The notes under the pieces are model-generated. The model saw nothing but the letters and a program-made list of their open reading frames with translations. It made no database searches and was not told the origin of the DNA. A DNA stretch of 63,907 nucleotides, the filler included, from Octopus bimaculoides (lineage: Eukaryota): assembly GCF_001194135.2 (NCBI RefSeq). It is 4 parts of 4 records of this genome, joined end to end, with 100 filler letters (N's around TTAATTAATTAA, not from the genome) between each part and the next. Parts side by side here need not be neighbours in the genome. Positions count along the whole stretch, not along the records: positions 1 to 18,302 come from NC_069004.1; 3 more parts are not named here. One strand, given 5' to 3'. A program made the position numbers and the translations under genes. Below are positions 1-12,719 of the stretch, in pieces. Within the stretch, counting starts at the first letter, position 1, and each line of letters opens with the position of its first letter.

Positions 1-55
<55 letters not shown>

Positions 56-119
56 TATATACATATATATATGTATATATATATATATATATACATATAT
101 ATATGTATATATATATATA
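1..119. repeat. (TA)n microsatellite
   Basis: Near-pure TA dinucleotide run with occasional CA/TG. Many similar (TA)n, (CA)n, (CT)n, (TATG)n, (ATCT)n and (ATT)n tracts occur throughout the window, often at gap edges. Confidence 0.97.
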
Positions 120-454
120 CTCAACTATTGTTCTCTTATTTTATTGGTATGTCTTGATTGTTGATAGCCAAAATGTTGTAACAGTCTTAATGTCATTTCA
201 TCGCAAAATATTCTTTCATTGCAAATTGTGATATATTTATCTATTTTTTTACATATTTATTTATATATTCATTTATTTATTTATATGGTCTTTTATTTAT
301 TTATTTAATTATTTATTGTATTTATCAAAAATAATTTAAAATGAGACAATAACTATAGAACCTAAAATATATATATATATGAGAATCCCTTGACAAAAAT
401 TCTGCAGGAATTCACACAGAAATTTTCAAAGAAATTGGCCTATTTCCCTCTACT

Positions 455-785
455 ACTCCATCTATCATCCTTTTGCGGGGTCAAGAACATAAGTGAAACA
501 AGTTCCAGTTGAGCAGTGGTGGTGGTGGTTGTGGGGGGTGGGGTCAATGTAATCCCTGCAAATTTGAAGCCTTGTGCATTTAGTAGAATGAATTATTTAG
601 CAGCGTTTTGTCTGTCTTTACATTCTGTGTTCAAATTCTTCTGATGTAGAGTCTGCCCTTCATTCTTCCAGGGTCGATAAGATAAATACCAGTTGAATAC
701 TGGGTGCTCGAGGTAATTGACTTACCCTCCTCCCCAAGCTGCTGGCCTTGTGTCAAAATTAGAAACCATTATTATTATTATCAAA
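455..785 (+). mobile_element. Two degenerate copies of tRNA-derived SINE family A
   Basis: Match by eye to the family defined at 60944-61161 (gttcaaatt B-box, cttcattcttccagggtcgataag..ataccag core, ggccttgtg..tagaaa + (ATT)n tail). Boundaries approximate. Confidence 0.7.
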
Positions 786-863
786 TTCAAATTACGACAA
801 ACGTAAATAAACAAGCGAAGCTTGCTTTTAGAAGCGTTGAGATGTCTTTTTTATAGAAAGTTG

Positions 864-1068
864 AAGAAGTGATGTTTAAATTCTCAATCACAGAATAATG
901 CTAATAATATACCCTGAACAGGATAAACTATCCCTATTTCTGCAGAGAAAAGTGTAGGTGGCCACAGCTGGCCACCTACACTTTTCTCTGCAAAATAGGG
1001 ATAGTTTATCCTGTTCAGGCTATATTATTAGCATTATTCTGCGATTGAGAATTTAAACATCACTTCTT
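864..1068. repeat. Near-perfect palindrome, about 100-bp arms, 4-nt spacer
   Basis: 864-964 is the reverse complement of 969-1068 around the spacer CAGC, with three differences (two substitutions, one indel). Confidence 0.95.
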
Positions 1069-1094
1069 TAATTATTATTATTATTATTATCATC

Positions 1095-1270
1095 AATATT
1101 ATCTGACAGCAGAATTACAAACACGTGAAGCAAAATGCTTAGTGGTATTTCATCAGTCGACTTACATGCAGAGTTCAAATCTTTCCGAGGTTAGTTTCTT
1201 TACAATGAAGTACCAGCCAGGATCCCCATTGAAGTTGCTGGCCCTTTGCGAAAATTGGTCTTTTCATCCG
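1095..1270 (+). mobile_element. SINE family A, 3'-truncated
   Basis: gcagaatta..gcaaaatgcttagtggtatttc..gagttcaaatc..ccgaggttag head, interrupted before the core ends. Confidence 0.65.
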
Positions 1271-1425
1271 ACGTCACTTCGTCAACGGTCATTTCGTCCA
1301 TGTCCTTTGGTCCAACATCTTTTAGACTGATGATTTTTTTTTTGTCCAACGACAAATCCTATCCCTAAAATTCTCAATAATTATTTGATTTTGATGATTA
1401 TATATATATATATATNNNNNNNNNN

Positions 1426-1760
1426 AGACAAGAAAAGACTGAATGAGACCTCAATATTATGTAAATAGAGGAATTTATCTGTAAATATAATATGCGACAA
1501 TTATTCGGTTGCCATAATAAGACTCCGAGTTTCGGATGTTGGGCCGGAAAACTGCTCCGGCATCTCATCAGTTATCGAGGCAATCAAAAATTGTTACGAA
1601 AATGACCGTTAAACAAAGGGAACTTACTATGTAATTGACCGTTATTAAGACAAAAGAGCAATTAGAATGACCACTAAATAAGGGGGGAAAAAAACCAAAG
1701 GAGAGAAGGTAAACAAGGAAATAAAAAAACTCATAGAAATCGTGTAGGCACACATGTACA
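1426..1760 (-). mobile_element. Penelope-like pseudo-LTR / 3' region fragment
   Basis: Carries a hammerhead motif (1516-1576) and an AACGGTCATTT motif also present in the 3' region of the PLE at about 50580. No ORF is visible; a 10-N gap lies on the left. Confidence 0.55.
1516..1576 (-). ncRNA. Type I minimal hammerhead ribozyme with canonical core
   Basis: Minus strand reads GATAA-CTGATGA-GATG CCGGA gcagttt TCCGG cccaa CATC C-GAA-ACT cgg AGT-C|TTATT. It shows stem I (5 bp including one G.U), CUGAUGA, stem II, GAAA, a short stem III and a GUC cleavage triplet. Confidence 0.8.
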
Positions 1761-2825
1761 TGCATGCGATGCACGCATGCACACCCACGTACATGTGCTT
1801 ATATGCATATGCTCACTCACATGCATATATATATATGTATGTGTGTGTGTGTGTGTATGTATATATATTGTGGGTGTCTTTCTAGTAGTTTGTGTAAAGA
1901 AAACCAGATTTACAACACTAATTAAACAATACATTCCCCTCCATCCACATTAAAAAAAAAAAATTATCCATGTTAATTAAGAAAAATTATCAAAATTTAA
2001 TTTGGTTCATATTTCTCTGAAAATCTCTGAGAATTCCTGTGTGATGCAAAAAGAATGGAAAAGATTTTTTTACAACTCCCCCCTCAATGCCCACTCATGC
2101 TCCCTCATTCAACCTTCATCATCAGAAAATTAAAAGAAAAGAATATTAAATAAAAAAACCAAAAAAACATTCAAGCAATGAAAACAAATCTGTTGGGGGA
2201 TCTCTCTCTTTCTCTCTGTCTCTCTTTAGTATCTGTTACCCCCCCCCCCNNNNNNNNNNNACTTTTTTTCTTCTTCTGGTTCTTGTATGTTGGTGTATGT
2301 TATCACGATTTCTTATAACTAAATATTAAGCAAAGAATAAAATAAAATAAAATATATGATAAATACTACCACCACCACCACTACTATTATTATCACTGGT
2401 AACGCTACCACCACCACCACCACCAACTCCACTACCAGCATCACCATCATTTATTTACACCACCATTGACAATGCCATTTAACATCGATGATAGCAACCT
2501 TACCATTGCTGGCAGTTATAGTACCATCACTATTAACCGCGCTGTCGTTCACGTTGACAGCAACAAAAAAAATACCAATATTGCTGCTGCCACCTACAAC
2601 AATAACATTATCACTTCCACTATCACCCTCATCATCATTGTCAACAACAATACTGTCACCACCACCACCACCATAACCACAGCAGCAGTAGCCATGACTC
2701 CTACACTATCACTCCCTCTCACCACAACCATCACCATCAACAACAAGAAACAACTGAATCCCTATAACTATCTCCATCATCAACAATATTCTCTCTACCA
2801 CCCCTTCTACCATTGTAAGCCGTCA

Positions 2826-2975
2826 CACTATATTATACATATATCAGCTGTAGAAACTCTGCCAAATCAGATTGGAGCCTGGTGTAGCCATCTGGTTTCA
2901 CCAGTCCTCAGTCAAATCGTCCAACCCATGCTAGCATGGAAAGCGGACGTTAAACGACGACGACGACGACGATAT
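2826..2975 (+). mobile_element. 3' tail of an RTE-clade LINE or RTE-mobilised SINE
   Basis: cagctgtagaaactctgccaaa..ccaacccatgctagcatggaaagcggacgttaaacgacgacg is the same tail as the RTE fragment ending at 38232. Confidence 0.75.
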
Positions 2976-3304
2976 TTGATAAACCTACAAATTTGATAAA
3001 CTTACAAGACTAATTTCTCTCAAAATTTGATTAACCTACAAGACAAGGTGAAAGTGCTAATTTATAAAACATGTGACATATGAATAAAAATCTGTAGATA
3101 TACAACCATCCAAACATCTGAGTACCTGATTATTATTTTTTCTAATATATAATTCTTGTACATCGCCACAAAACCTTCCAATATATATATATATATGTCA
3201 AGCTAATGAGAAAGGCAATACATTATTATCTGACATGCAAGAGCTAACAGCCAAATACTACACACTTTAGCAAGTTAACTCCACCCTGATTGATATGGGC
3301 TATG

Positions 3305-3440
3305 CAGGATTGTTAGAACATCCAGCAAATACCTTGTAGCGTTCGTTTTGGCTCTGAGCATTTCTGAATTCAAATCTCACTACAGTCAGCTTAACTTTTC
3401 ATCCTTCCAAATGTCAGTAAAATGAAGGACATGCTCCCTT
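3305..3440 (+). mobile_element. SINE family A, degenerate
   Basis: gcaggattgttag..ctgaattcaaatctcac..aacttttcatccttccaaatgtcagtaaaatgaag. Confidence 0.55.
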
Positions 3441-4194
3441 TCTCTTTTGCTTTCTGAGAGTTGGTTGCATTGCATTGTGGGAAGGATGTTGGAGATATAA
3501 CTTTTACTCCAAGACATCTGTTCTATGTGGCTGTGTGAAAGCTCTGTGACAGCTATTATTTGAAGGGAAGACACATTGAGATAATCTGGTCTAGGATTCC
3601 CTGCAGGAAGGAAGAAAAAATTGGGATGGTCATGGTTGGAATGTTTTTGATCCTAGGTTTATTTGATCAGAACTGGCAAGAGACGAAAGAAGAACCCTAT
3701 ATTGCTACTACCATCGTGCTACCCCTACCACCAAGATGACTACTACTATGACACCACTACCACTAACACCAATGCTATCTCTACACCACTACTGCACTAC
3801 AACCACCACCACATCACTGTAATTACCACTACTATCAGCAGTACCACTTCCATGCTACTTCCTCCACTATGACTACTGCCAACACCTCATTTCTACCATC
3901 ACACACCACCACTACCACTTTCTACAATCACACATCACTACCACCACGACTACCAGAACTCATTTTCACCCAGGATATAGCAATTACAAAAGGGTGGGTC
4001 AGATATGTAAATTAGTAATTTAGATGGGAGTATGCAAATTCAATGACTTGTTGCATAAAATTTCTAACAAATTAAATTGGACATTCGTCTTCAACATCCC
4101 TCTCTCTCTCTCTCTACAATTACTCCAAAATCTCAAATTTGTATCAGAGATTAAAGCACACACACATCCACACAGAGAAACATATGCACATAGA

Positions 4195-4231
<37 letters not shown>

Positions 4232-4368
4232 AAGGCTATGCATATATGGATAACATAAATAAAATTGTCTCTTTGATATTAGTCAATGTTAAAAAAAGAA
4301 ACATTTACACATCCTCATCCTCATCATTATATACACCTTGTTCTTTCATACTGTCTTCACTCTGTCTG

Positions 4369-4436
<68 letters not shown>

Positions 4437-4874
4437 TACATACAACTCATTATATGACTACAAATGGTGGTGTTCTGATAATGTATATACTCTACCCNNN
4501 NNNNNNNNNNNNNNNNNNNNNNNNNNNNNNNNNNNNNNNNNNNNNNNNNNNNNNNNNNNNNNNNNNNNNNNNNNNNNNNNNNNNNNNNNNNNNNNNNNNN
4601 NNNNNNNNNNNNNNNNNNNNNNNNNNNNNNNNNNNNNNNNNNNNNNNNNNNNNNNNNNNNNNNNNNNNNNNNNNNNNNNNNNNNNNNNNNNNNNNNNNNN
4701 NNNNNNNNNNNNNNNNNNNNNNNNNNNNNNNNNNNNNNNNNNNNNNNNNNNNNNNNNNNNNNNNNNNNNNNNNNNNNNNNNNNNNNNNNNNNNNNNNNNN
4801 NNNNNNNNNNNNNNNNNNNNNNNNNNNNNNNNNNNNNNNNNNNNNNNNNNNNNNNNNNNCATGCTTGACTTAAT

Positions 4875-4881
4875 GCTATTG

Positions 4882-4912
<31 letters not shown>

Positions 4913-4940
4913 CATATTACTATTATCATTATTATAGTAC

Positions 4941-4982
<42 letters not shown>

Positions 4983-5087
4983 CTTCATCCTCATCATCAT
5001 TATTATCATCGCCATCCTCATCATTATTTATCATTATTATTATTATTATTATTATTACTATTACTATTATTATTATTATTATTATTT
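4875..5087. repeat. (ATT)n/(ATC)n microsatellite directly upstream of the RBFOX exon acceptor
   Basis: About 210 nt of tattat/tcatca repeats running up to the short pyrimidine tract ttttcctc. Confidence 0.95.
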
Positions 5088-5093
5088 TCCTCG

Positions 5094-5099
5094 TGCATG
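5094..5099 (+). promoter_or_regulatory. RBFOX-binding motif UGCAUG in the 3' splice-site region
   Basis: ttttcctcgTGCATGcag|GGA: the motif occupies positions -9 to -4 of the acceptor. Confidence 0.8.
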
Positions 5100-5102
5100 C
5101 AG

Positions 5103-5195
5103 GGATTTGGTTTTGTAACTTTCCAAAATAGCGCTGATGCCGACCGAGCACGTGAAAAACTGAACGGAACTGTTGTTGAGGGACGAAAAATTGAG
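5103..5195 (+). CDS. RBFOX: RBFOX family RNA-binding protein, 93-nt internal exon encoding the second half of the RRM
   Basis: cag|...|gtgcat, phase 0-0, 31 codons: [31 protein letters not shown]. Nearly identical to the recalled vertebrate RBFOX1/2 sequence [31 protein letters not shown]. No other RBFOX exons were recognised in the segment. Confidence 0.96.
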
Positions 5196-5196
5196 G

Positions 5197-5202
5197 TGCA
5201 TG
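5197..5202 (+). promoter_or_regulatory. RBFOX-binding motif UGCAUG overlapping the 5' splice site
   Basis: GAG|gTGCATGgtt: the motif covers donor positions +2 to +7, and the donor is non-consensus (GTGCAT rather than GTAAGT). Confidence 0.8.
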
Positions 5203-6024
5203 GTTAATTATCAGCTGTGGTACTTGCAACTACACTGAAAGCCATATTTTTTTTCATTCTCTATCTTCTTGTCTTTCCTCTTCTTCCTCTTCATAAAAAA
5301 TCTTCCTTTCTTTCTTTTTATTTTTTAAATGTTTCTATCTATCTACCTTTATCTATCTCTTTATCTATCTATCTATCCCTCTGTCTATCCTGCCCTACTT
5401 TCTTATATATATATATATATAGATATATATACACATGTGTGTGTACATATATATACACACACATATATACAAGTTAGTAATATGTGTATATGGTCACATT
5501 TTCACATATACACATAAATAATTTTGGCAAATATATTCATTGTTTATAGACATACATCTAAGTATCTGTACACATGCTTGTGTATATGTGTGTATATACA
5601 TACATGCAAGCATAAATATATAAATATGTATGTGTGTGTATACACATAGCAACCAAAGAAATTTTGATGTGTGCAGGTAGATATGATAATATACCTGGAA
5701 ATTAATCTCCATGTGTATTGTATATATGTATATATATATTTATTTATCTCCAAATCTTTTCTAATTATCACATAAAATTGTACCCTGTTAACATTAATCA
5801 AAGCTATTTTTTAATACCAGTTATATACTATAGGTGGGGTATCTCTCCTAAAAATTTAAGGCCTTGTGTTGTGAGAATAGGTGTGAATATATGGAATCCT
5901 ATGGGTCAGAAATTTTATATGCTGTCTTTCATTAACTGCCTCTGTTTCATGGAATCAAACCCTTGTTGATTCCCAAAAATGCATGAGTAAGGAAGAACAG
6001 TAGTCTGTGATTCTGCTCTAAATG

Positions 6025-6785
6025 ACTGCCAGAATCATTATTGTGTCATTCAGAACATTTGGCAGCATTTCTTCCAGTTCTCTACGGTGACGAGCTGGCA
6101 AAATTATTAGCATGCTGGGCAAACTGCTTAGCGATATTTTGTCTTTCACTACGTTCTGAGTTCAATTTCTGCTGAAGTCGACTTTGCCTTTCATCCTTTG
6201 GGAATCGATAAAATATAAGTACCAGGCAAGTGCTGGGGGTTGATGTAATCGACCTATCCCTTGCCCCACAATTTCAGGCCTGTGTACCTATAGTAGAAAG
6301 GTTCCTTATTCAGCTGGCAGAATCATTAGCAAACCAGATTAAATGCTTAGTTGCATTTTGTCTGTGATGTTTTGAGTTCAAATTCAGCCAAGGCCAATAT
6401 TTGCTTTTCATCCATTCAGGGACAATGAATAAAGTACCTGTAAAACAGGGGGGGGGGGTCGATGTAATTGAATAGTCCCCTCTCCTCCCAATATTTCAGG
6501 CCTTGTGCCTTTAGTAGAAAGGATTATTATTATCATTATTAAGTTTTTGAGTTGGCAGAATCGTTAGCACACCAGGTGAAATGCTTAGCAATATTTCATC
6601 TGCCACTACGTACTGAGTTCAAATCCCACTGAGGTTGGCTTGGCCTTTTATCCTTTCGGGGTTGATAAATTAAGTACCAGTGAAACACTGGGGTTGATCT
6701 AATTGACTAGTCCCACCCCCTCCAAATTTCAGGCCTTGTGCCTTTAGTAGAAAGGATTATTATTATTATTATTATTATTATTATA
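6025..6785 (+). mobile_element. Head-to-tail array of SINE family A (one partial + three near-complete copies)
   Basis: Copies start at about 6025, 6085, 6311 and 6549, with short or (ATT)n spacers. The copies are mutually diverged. Confidence 0.88.
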
Positions 6786-7029
6786 CAAAAGCTATTAAGT
6801 GCTAATTTAATTAGCAGAAATGTTATCCTATGGTTTGGTGATAACAAGTCTTCTCAATTATTTAAGAATTGTTCTGAGGGTTCCTATAGGATACAGGATT
6901 GCACCTTTCTGCAGACTGATATTATTGCAAGTCCCAATATCAATATCCTTCATCCTCTAAGATATCCATTTGGGTTTTGTGCCCACTGTGCCTGTTACCT
7001 CCGGACCAATTGTCTCCTTTTGTCCTGGG

Positions 7030-7175
7030 GTTGACTTTGCCTTTCATCCTTTTGAGGTTGATATAATAAGTACCAGCTGAACACTGGGGTCGATGTAATC
7101 GACTTACCCCCCCCCCCCCACTCACGAACTTGCTGGCCATGTGCCAAAATTTGAAACTATTATTATCATTTTTAT
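7030..7175 (+). mobile_element. SINE family A, 5'-truncated
   Basis: gttgactttgcctttcatcctttgaggttgatataataagtaccag..ggggtcgatgtaatcgacttacc..gaaactattattat. Confidence 0.8.
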
Positions 7176-8595
7176 TATCTTGGCGTACAAATATCTTGTT
7201 TTCATAAGTTTTGAATTAAAATCTTCCACAAACGTTAGTCACAATTTATGTTCCTAACACTAGCTTAATGATAACTAAGTTATTATACCAAATTCTTTGT
7301 TATATTTAAAATTAATTGAAAGAAACATAAAGCATCTCAAAATAAATCCGGCAACGAAAGGGTTAAGAATCATATGTAGTGTTTTATTTCTTACCTGGAA
7401 AATATAATATTTACTCGCAAACCCTGCAAGGCAGAATTGTCGGGGTATCCTTCTTCTTCAGAGTAAAAGACAAAAGGCTAAAAATATTAGCATTATTATT
7501 ATCACCATCATGTCTGAGAGTTGCATCGTGTATTCAAGATGGCATATTACTTGAATTATGATAGCTACATCTTGGAAGACTTGAATAAAATTGCACAAAC
7601 CCTATTTGTTGCTCCCTCATATTTACTGCTAGGGTGGGTCGATCAGTGACACTGTTTGAGTGTCACATACTGTGCCTTGCAGTATTTGTTCCAGCTCTTT
7701 ACATTCTGAGTTCAAACCTCACCAAAACCAGCTTATATGATTTTTCAATCTTCCAGAATTGTTATGGAACATTATCCCCTAAGGACCAGTGGGAAGGGGT
7801 CAGTTTTTAATTGAGTAACCTTTCGCTGCCGACCTGGCTGCCCCCTGGCCTTTTCACATTTATTTTATAGGGTACAATTTTATGTGTCTTTTATTTCCTT
7901 ATTTCCTTCTCTTTCTCTCTCTCTCTTTGTCTTTCTTTTTTGTCTCCTTTCCTCTCTCTCTCTCTCTCTCTCTTTGCTATTCATTTCTCTCTCTGTCGTC
8001 TTCTTCTGCTTTCTCTCACTTAAAAAAAAATAATGTCTTTTCTTACTTATTCTTGTTGTGCAGTCTTAAGACTTTGCCTATGATATATATAGTTAGTTTG
8101 TGTTGTTACTGTTGTTATGCATTGTTCTTTGACAGAATATATATATATAGACACAAGTTTAAGGGTATAAATTTAAAAAGAAAAAGACAAAACATTGTAT
8201 GCTTTTTTTTTTACTAAGTCTTTCCACTTAAATTTCCATAAATTATTTTGCTCTGTTCTAAATTGATATCAGAAGTAAAAGCCAAACAAACAACCGACCC
8301 ATCTTTAATTTAAACGAAGCCTATGTCGTTAAACCTAATTGTCATTAACAATGCAATGTTTTAAGTGTAATTAGAAGTAGATTTTGTAACACTCTCCCCC
8401 TTAAGACAAAACAATTTAAAATTGAAATTAGAAGTTATTCAGACTAAAGTAGAAATGCTGTTATTATTAGTATTGTAATGTATACGTTTCAAGTTAAATG
8501 TATGTATGTGTGTTTGTTTATGTAAGATATATACATATACACACACACACACACATAGATATATATTTACTTTTATGAGTGTACGTATGTATGTG

Positions 8596-8630
<35 letters not shown>

Positions 8631-10206
8631 ATACACACACACATATATGCATGTACACACATACATACGTATCTATTCATACACACTTGTATAGCTATCT
8701 CTCTCTCTCTCTATATATATAACTATATATATGTAAGTCAGTAAATAGTGGGGTTGTGTTAACCGCACGTGGAGAAATAATAGGAAAATGAAAAATAATA
8801 ATAAGGCAGAATGCTAAACTGGAAGCATATTTTAATAAAGATTTCTAACCGGCTTTCATTGTATAGCAAATTATCAAGAAGAGGGAGNNNNNNNNNNNNN
8901 NNNNNNNNNNNNNNNNNNNNNNNNNNNNNNNNNNNNNNNNNNNNNNNNNNNNNNNNNNNNNNNNNNNNNNNNNNNNNNNNNNNNNNNNNNNNNNNNNNNN
9001 NNNNNNNNNNNNNNNNNNNNNNNNNNNNNNNNNNNNNNNNNNNNNNNNNNNNNNNNNNNNNNNNNNNNNNNNNNNNNNNNNNNNNNNNNNNNNNNNNNNN
9101 NNNNNNNNNNNNNNNNNNNNNNNNNNNNNNNNNNNNNNNNNNNNNNNNNNNNNNNNNNNNNNNNNNNNNNNNNNNNNNNNNNNNNNNNNNNNNNNNNNNN
9201 NNNNNNNNNNNNNNNNNNNNNNNNNNNNNNNNNNNNNNNNNNNNNNNNNNNNNNNNNNNNNNNNNNNNNNNNNNNNNNNNNNNNNNNNNNNNNNNNNNNN
9301 NNNNNNNNNNNNNNNNNNNNNNNNNNNNNNNNNNNNNNNNNNNNNNNNNNNNNNNNNNNNNNNNNNNNNNNNNNNNNNNNNNNNNNNNNNNNNNNNNNNN
9401 NNNNNNNNNNNNNNNNNNNNNNNNNNNNNNNNNNNNNNNNNNNNNNNNNNNNNNNNNNNNNNNNNNNNNNNNNNNNNNNNNNNNNNNNNNNNNNNNNNNN
9501 NNNNNNNNNNNNNNNNNNNNNNNNNNNNNNNNNNNNNNNNNNNNNNNNNNNNNNNNNNNNNNNNNNNNNNNNNNNNNNNNNNNNNNNNNNNNTATATATA
9601 TATATATACACACATATACATACATATATATATATACACACATATATATATATATACACACATATATATATATATATGTAACCCTTACATGCATGCACAT
9701 ATTTACATATATCTGGTATACATATATGCGTGTGTGTGCTTGTCTGTATGTATGTGTACATGTATTTTCTTGCATACATTTAAAGCTACACATACAATAC
9801 TTACCCTTTCAAGGTGAAAGCATAGCCAAAAAAAAACCTAGAAACTTGCTCCCCAATGATTGGCTTCTAGTTATGGCACAACTATGTGGCATCATTAAAG
9901 AAACAGCTTGTATTGCAGCCTTGTAAGCTCGAATACCTTGTGAGTGATATTCATTCGAGAGAAAAAAAACTCTGTGAAGCTGTATTATTAGGGTTTTGAT
10001 CTATGATTTAAAGGGCTGTCTGTGGAATCCTTCATGATTTGTGAGCGACACTTGAAAGCCAGAAGCTGTGTGAACCTTGTTGCATGGTCTTGTTCTATAA
10101 TTTAGAGGGTCATCCATGGAATGCCTCTAGACTTGTAGGTGATGTTTGATAACTATGTGGAACAATGTTTTGTAGCCTGTGTTTATGTGAAGGTTCTATC
10201 ATACAT

Positions 10207-10260
<54 letters not shown>

Positions 10261-10319
10261 TTATTTTTATTTATGTGTTTCAGCCAAGTGGCTGCGGTCA
10301 TATATATATAGGCTTCATC

Positions 10320-10460
10320 CAGTTTCTATAGAGCAAACCTACTCACAAGGCTTTTGTCACTCCAGTACTATAAAAGAATACGTTTGTCCAGGGTGTCACA
10401 TAGTGTGACTGAGCCCAGAACCACATGGTATGATGAAATGAGCTTCCTGCCCATACTCTC
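10320..10460 (-). mobile_element. CORE-type SINE (family B), degenerate
   Basis: Reverse complement resembles 47706-47862 (actcacaaggc..tttgtccagggtgtcacatagtgtgactgagcccagaaccacatgg). Confidence 0.6.
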
Positions 10461-11321
10461 AAGCCTACGACATGATCGCATGGAATATGAGATCTCACAC
10501 TTAAAAAAAAAATAAAGGTAAAGTTTAGTGTCAGGAAAAGCATTCAGCTATAAAACAATGCTTCAAATAACGTACTCATCAGCACTCGTCCACATTGCTA
10601 TGTGTATGTGCAGGACATAATCTAATATTTATTCAGGATTTTCAGTCTCTGCTTTGCACTACACATATGCAATTCATCATAAGTGTTTATGCACGAGATG
10701 TGTGTGCATTACACATAGATGAGTGTGTGTCGAATGTGCATTTTAAAGCGTGCATGCGTGTATATGCAGACTCACACTTGGCTAGATTTGTGTATACAGA
10801 GGTATACATAAATATAGAGGTATACGTACATAGACACACACAAAGGCATATACTCAAAGAATATCTCAAAGCTTTTTGTGTGTCAGTATGTATATCATAT
10901 ATATATATATATATATAATTTTCCATTATTAGATAAGATGAAAATATATTTTTTTGAAATTCCAATAATGTCTCTTTGCATAAAATTGGAATCAATGTTA
11001 TTAGCATTGAAAATAAATCTTATAATAATTATAAAACTATATCATTATTACAGTTAATTTTTTAGTGACTAATTTTTTTCCCTTATATTAATAAAAAAAA
11101 TAATAATCAGGTTTTAAAACTTGCATCACATTCCCACTTAAGAAACAAAAATTTGCTTGTGTTAGTGGTATATGTGTGAGTGTGTGTTTGTGCATGCCTG
11201 TGTATATGCATACATATGTATACGTTTGTGTGTGTAGATATATATATGCCTGTATGTGTATTTATATACATATATGTATGAATACAAGTATATATTTATA
11301 TGTTTTAATATATGTACATGC

Positions 11322-11412
<91 letters not shown>

Positions 11413-11485
11413 AAGCATATACGTACATTATATAATTATGTATGCATATATGTATATTAACATATTTATATGTATGTATATTAAC

Positions 11486-11526
<41 letters not shown>

Positions 11527-12169
11527 CAGATGATATATATTTCAAATCACATCATACATCCTTGAAATGAATTAAGCAAGCAGTAAACCTTTAGCATTTG
11601 TAGACATGGCTTTGGTGATGCTGAGATATATAATATATATATTTCTCTATTTTTTTTTTTTTAATATGTATATAATTTCACTCAATTTGCAGTGTTTGCA
11701 CGTATACACTTTGATATGCACTATAAGATGGCATGGGCATTTTTCTTTTGAATTTTTGATTTTGGAAAGAAAATGAAAAAAAAAAACCCCAAAAAATCTC
11801 TCTAAAACCTCCCCTTCTAATTTTTTTTCATTAGTTATTTATTTGTGCGTGTACTGAGTTTTATATACTCTAATATAATATAGAATTACATAAAATGTAT
11901 AGTGATGTAAAGTATCTAATAGCGTATATTTAGAATATATAAGAAATATGTGTTTAGTAAATAAGATATAATAGATTATATAAATTATATATATATAAAC
12001 ACTAAAAGCTCCCCTTCTAACGTTTATATTAGTTTTTTTTATGTCTGTATATTGTTTACATTTTATATACAATATAGAGGTGTGTAAAATATATAGTAAT
12101 ATAAAATATCTGATAACATTTAAAATATAGAATTATGTGTTTATATAAGATATAGAATATATAAATAAT

Positions 12170-12201
<32 letters not shown>

Positions 12202-12719
12202 NNNNNNNNNNTGCTTTTAAAAAAATGTAAAAGAAATTTTACACGATTTTTCATTTAACAAAAATCATCTTTTAATTCGTAGTTGTTGTTATATCGAATG
12301 TAAACACGAAAAATAAGTAAATACATTTATCAAAATATCAAAATGTTGGAATCTCCTCTTCCATTCATACTTAATTTAGTATTTGCATATATTCTATATG
12401 TTTAAAATATATGTGTGCATAATATACATATTATGTGTGTGTGTATATATACATATATATATATATGTATATTATGTATAACCACGAAGTCTCAGAATTC
12501 AGATTTAAGTGCAGGAATAAACATCTTCCTTCAATAATGATTAATGGTATGGATTTGTTTGAATTAGTATGACTTGTTTATTATTTTTTTTTTTGTGTAA
12601 CTCTAACAAGGATAATAATATTATTAACATCATAGTCATATTATTAGCTGTAGTAATATTAGTGGTAGTAGTAATAGGAATGGTAAATAATAATATTATC
12701 TTTATTATTGGAATAAAAG

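Noticed and set aside
2466-2996. 176-aa Thr/Ile/Asn-rich ORF
   Set aside because: It is degenerate (CAC/CAT/AAC)n low-complexity DNA plus an RTE tail, with no splice or domain support.
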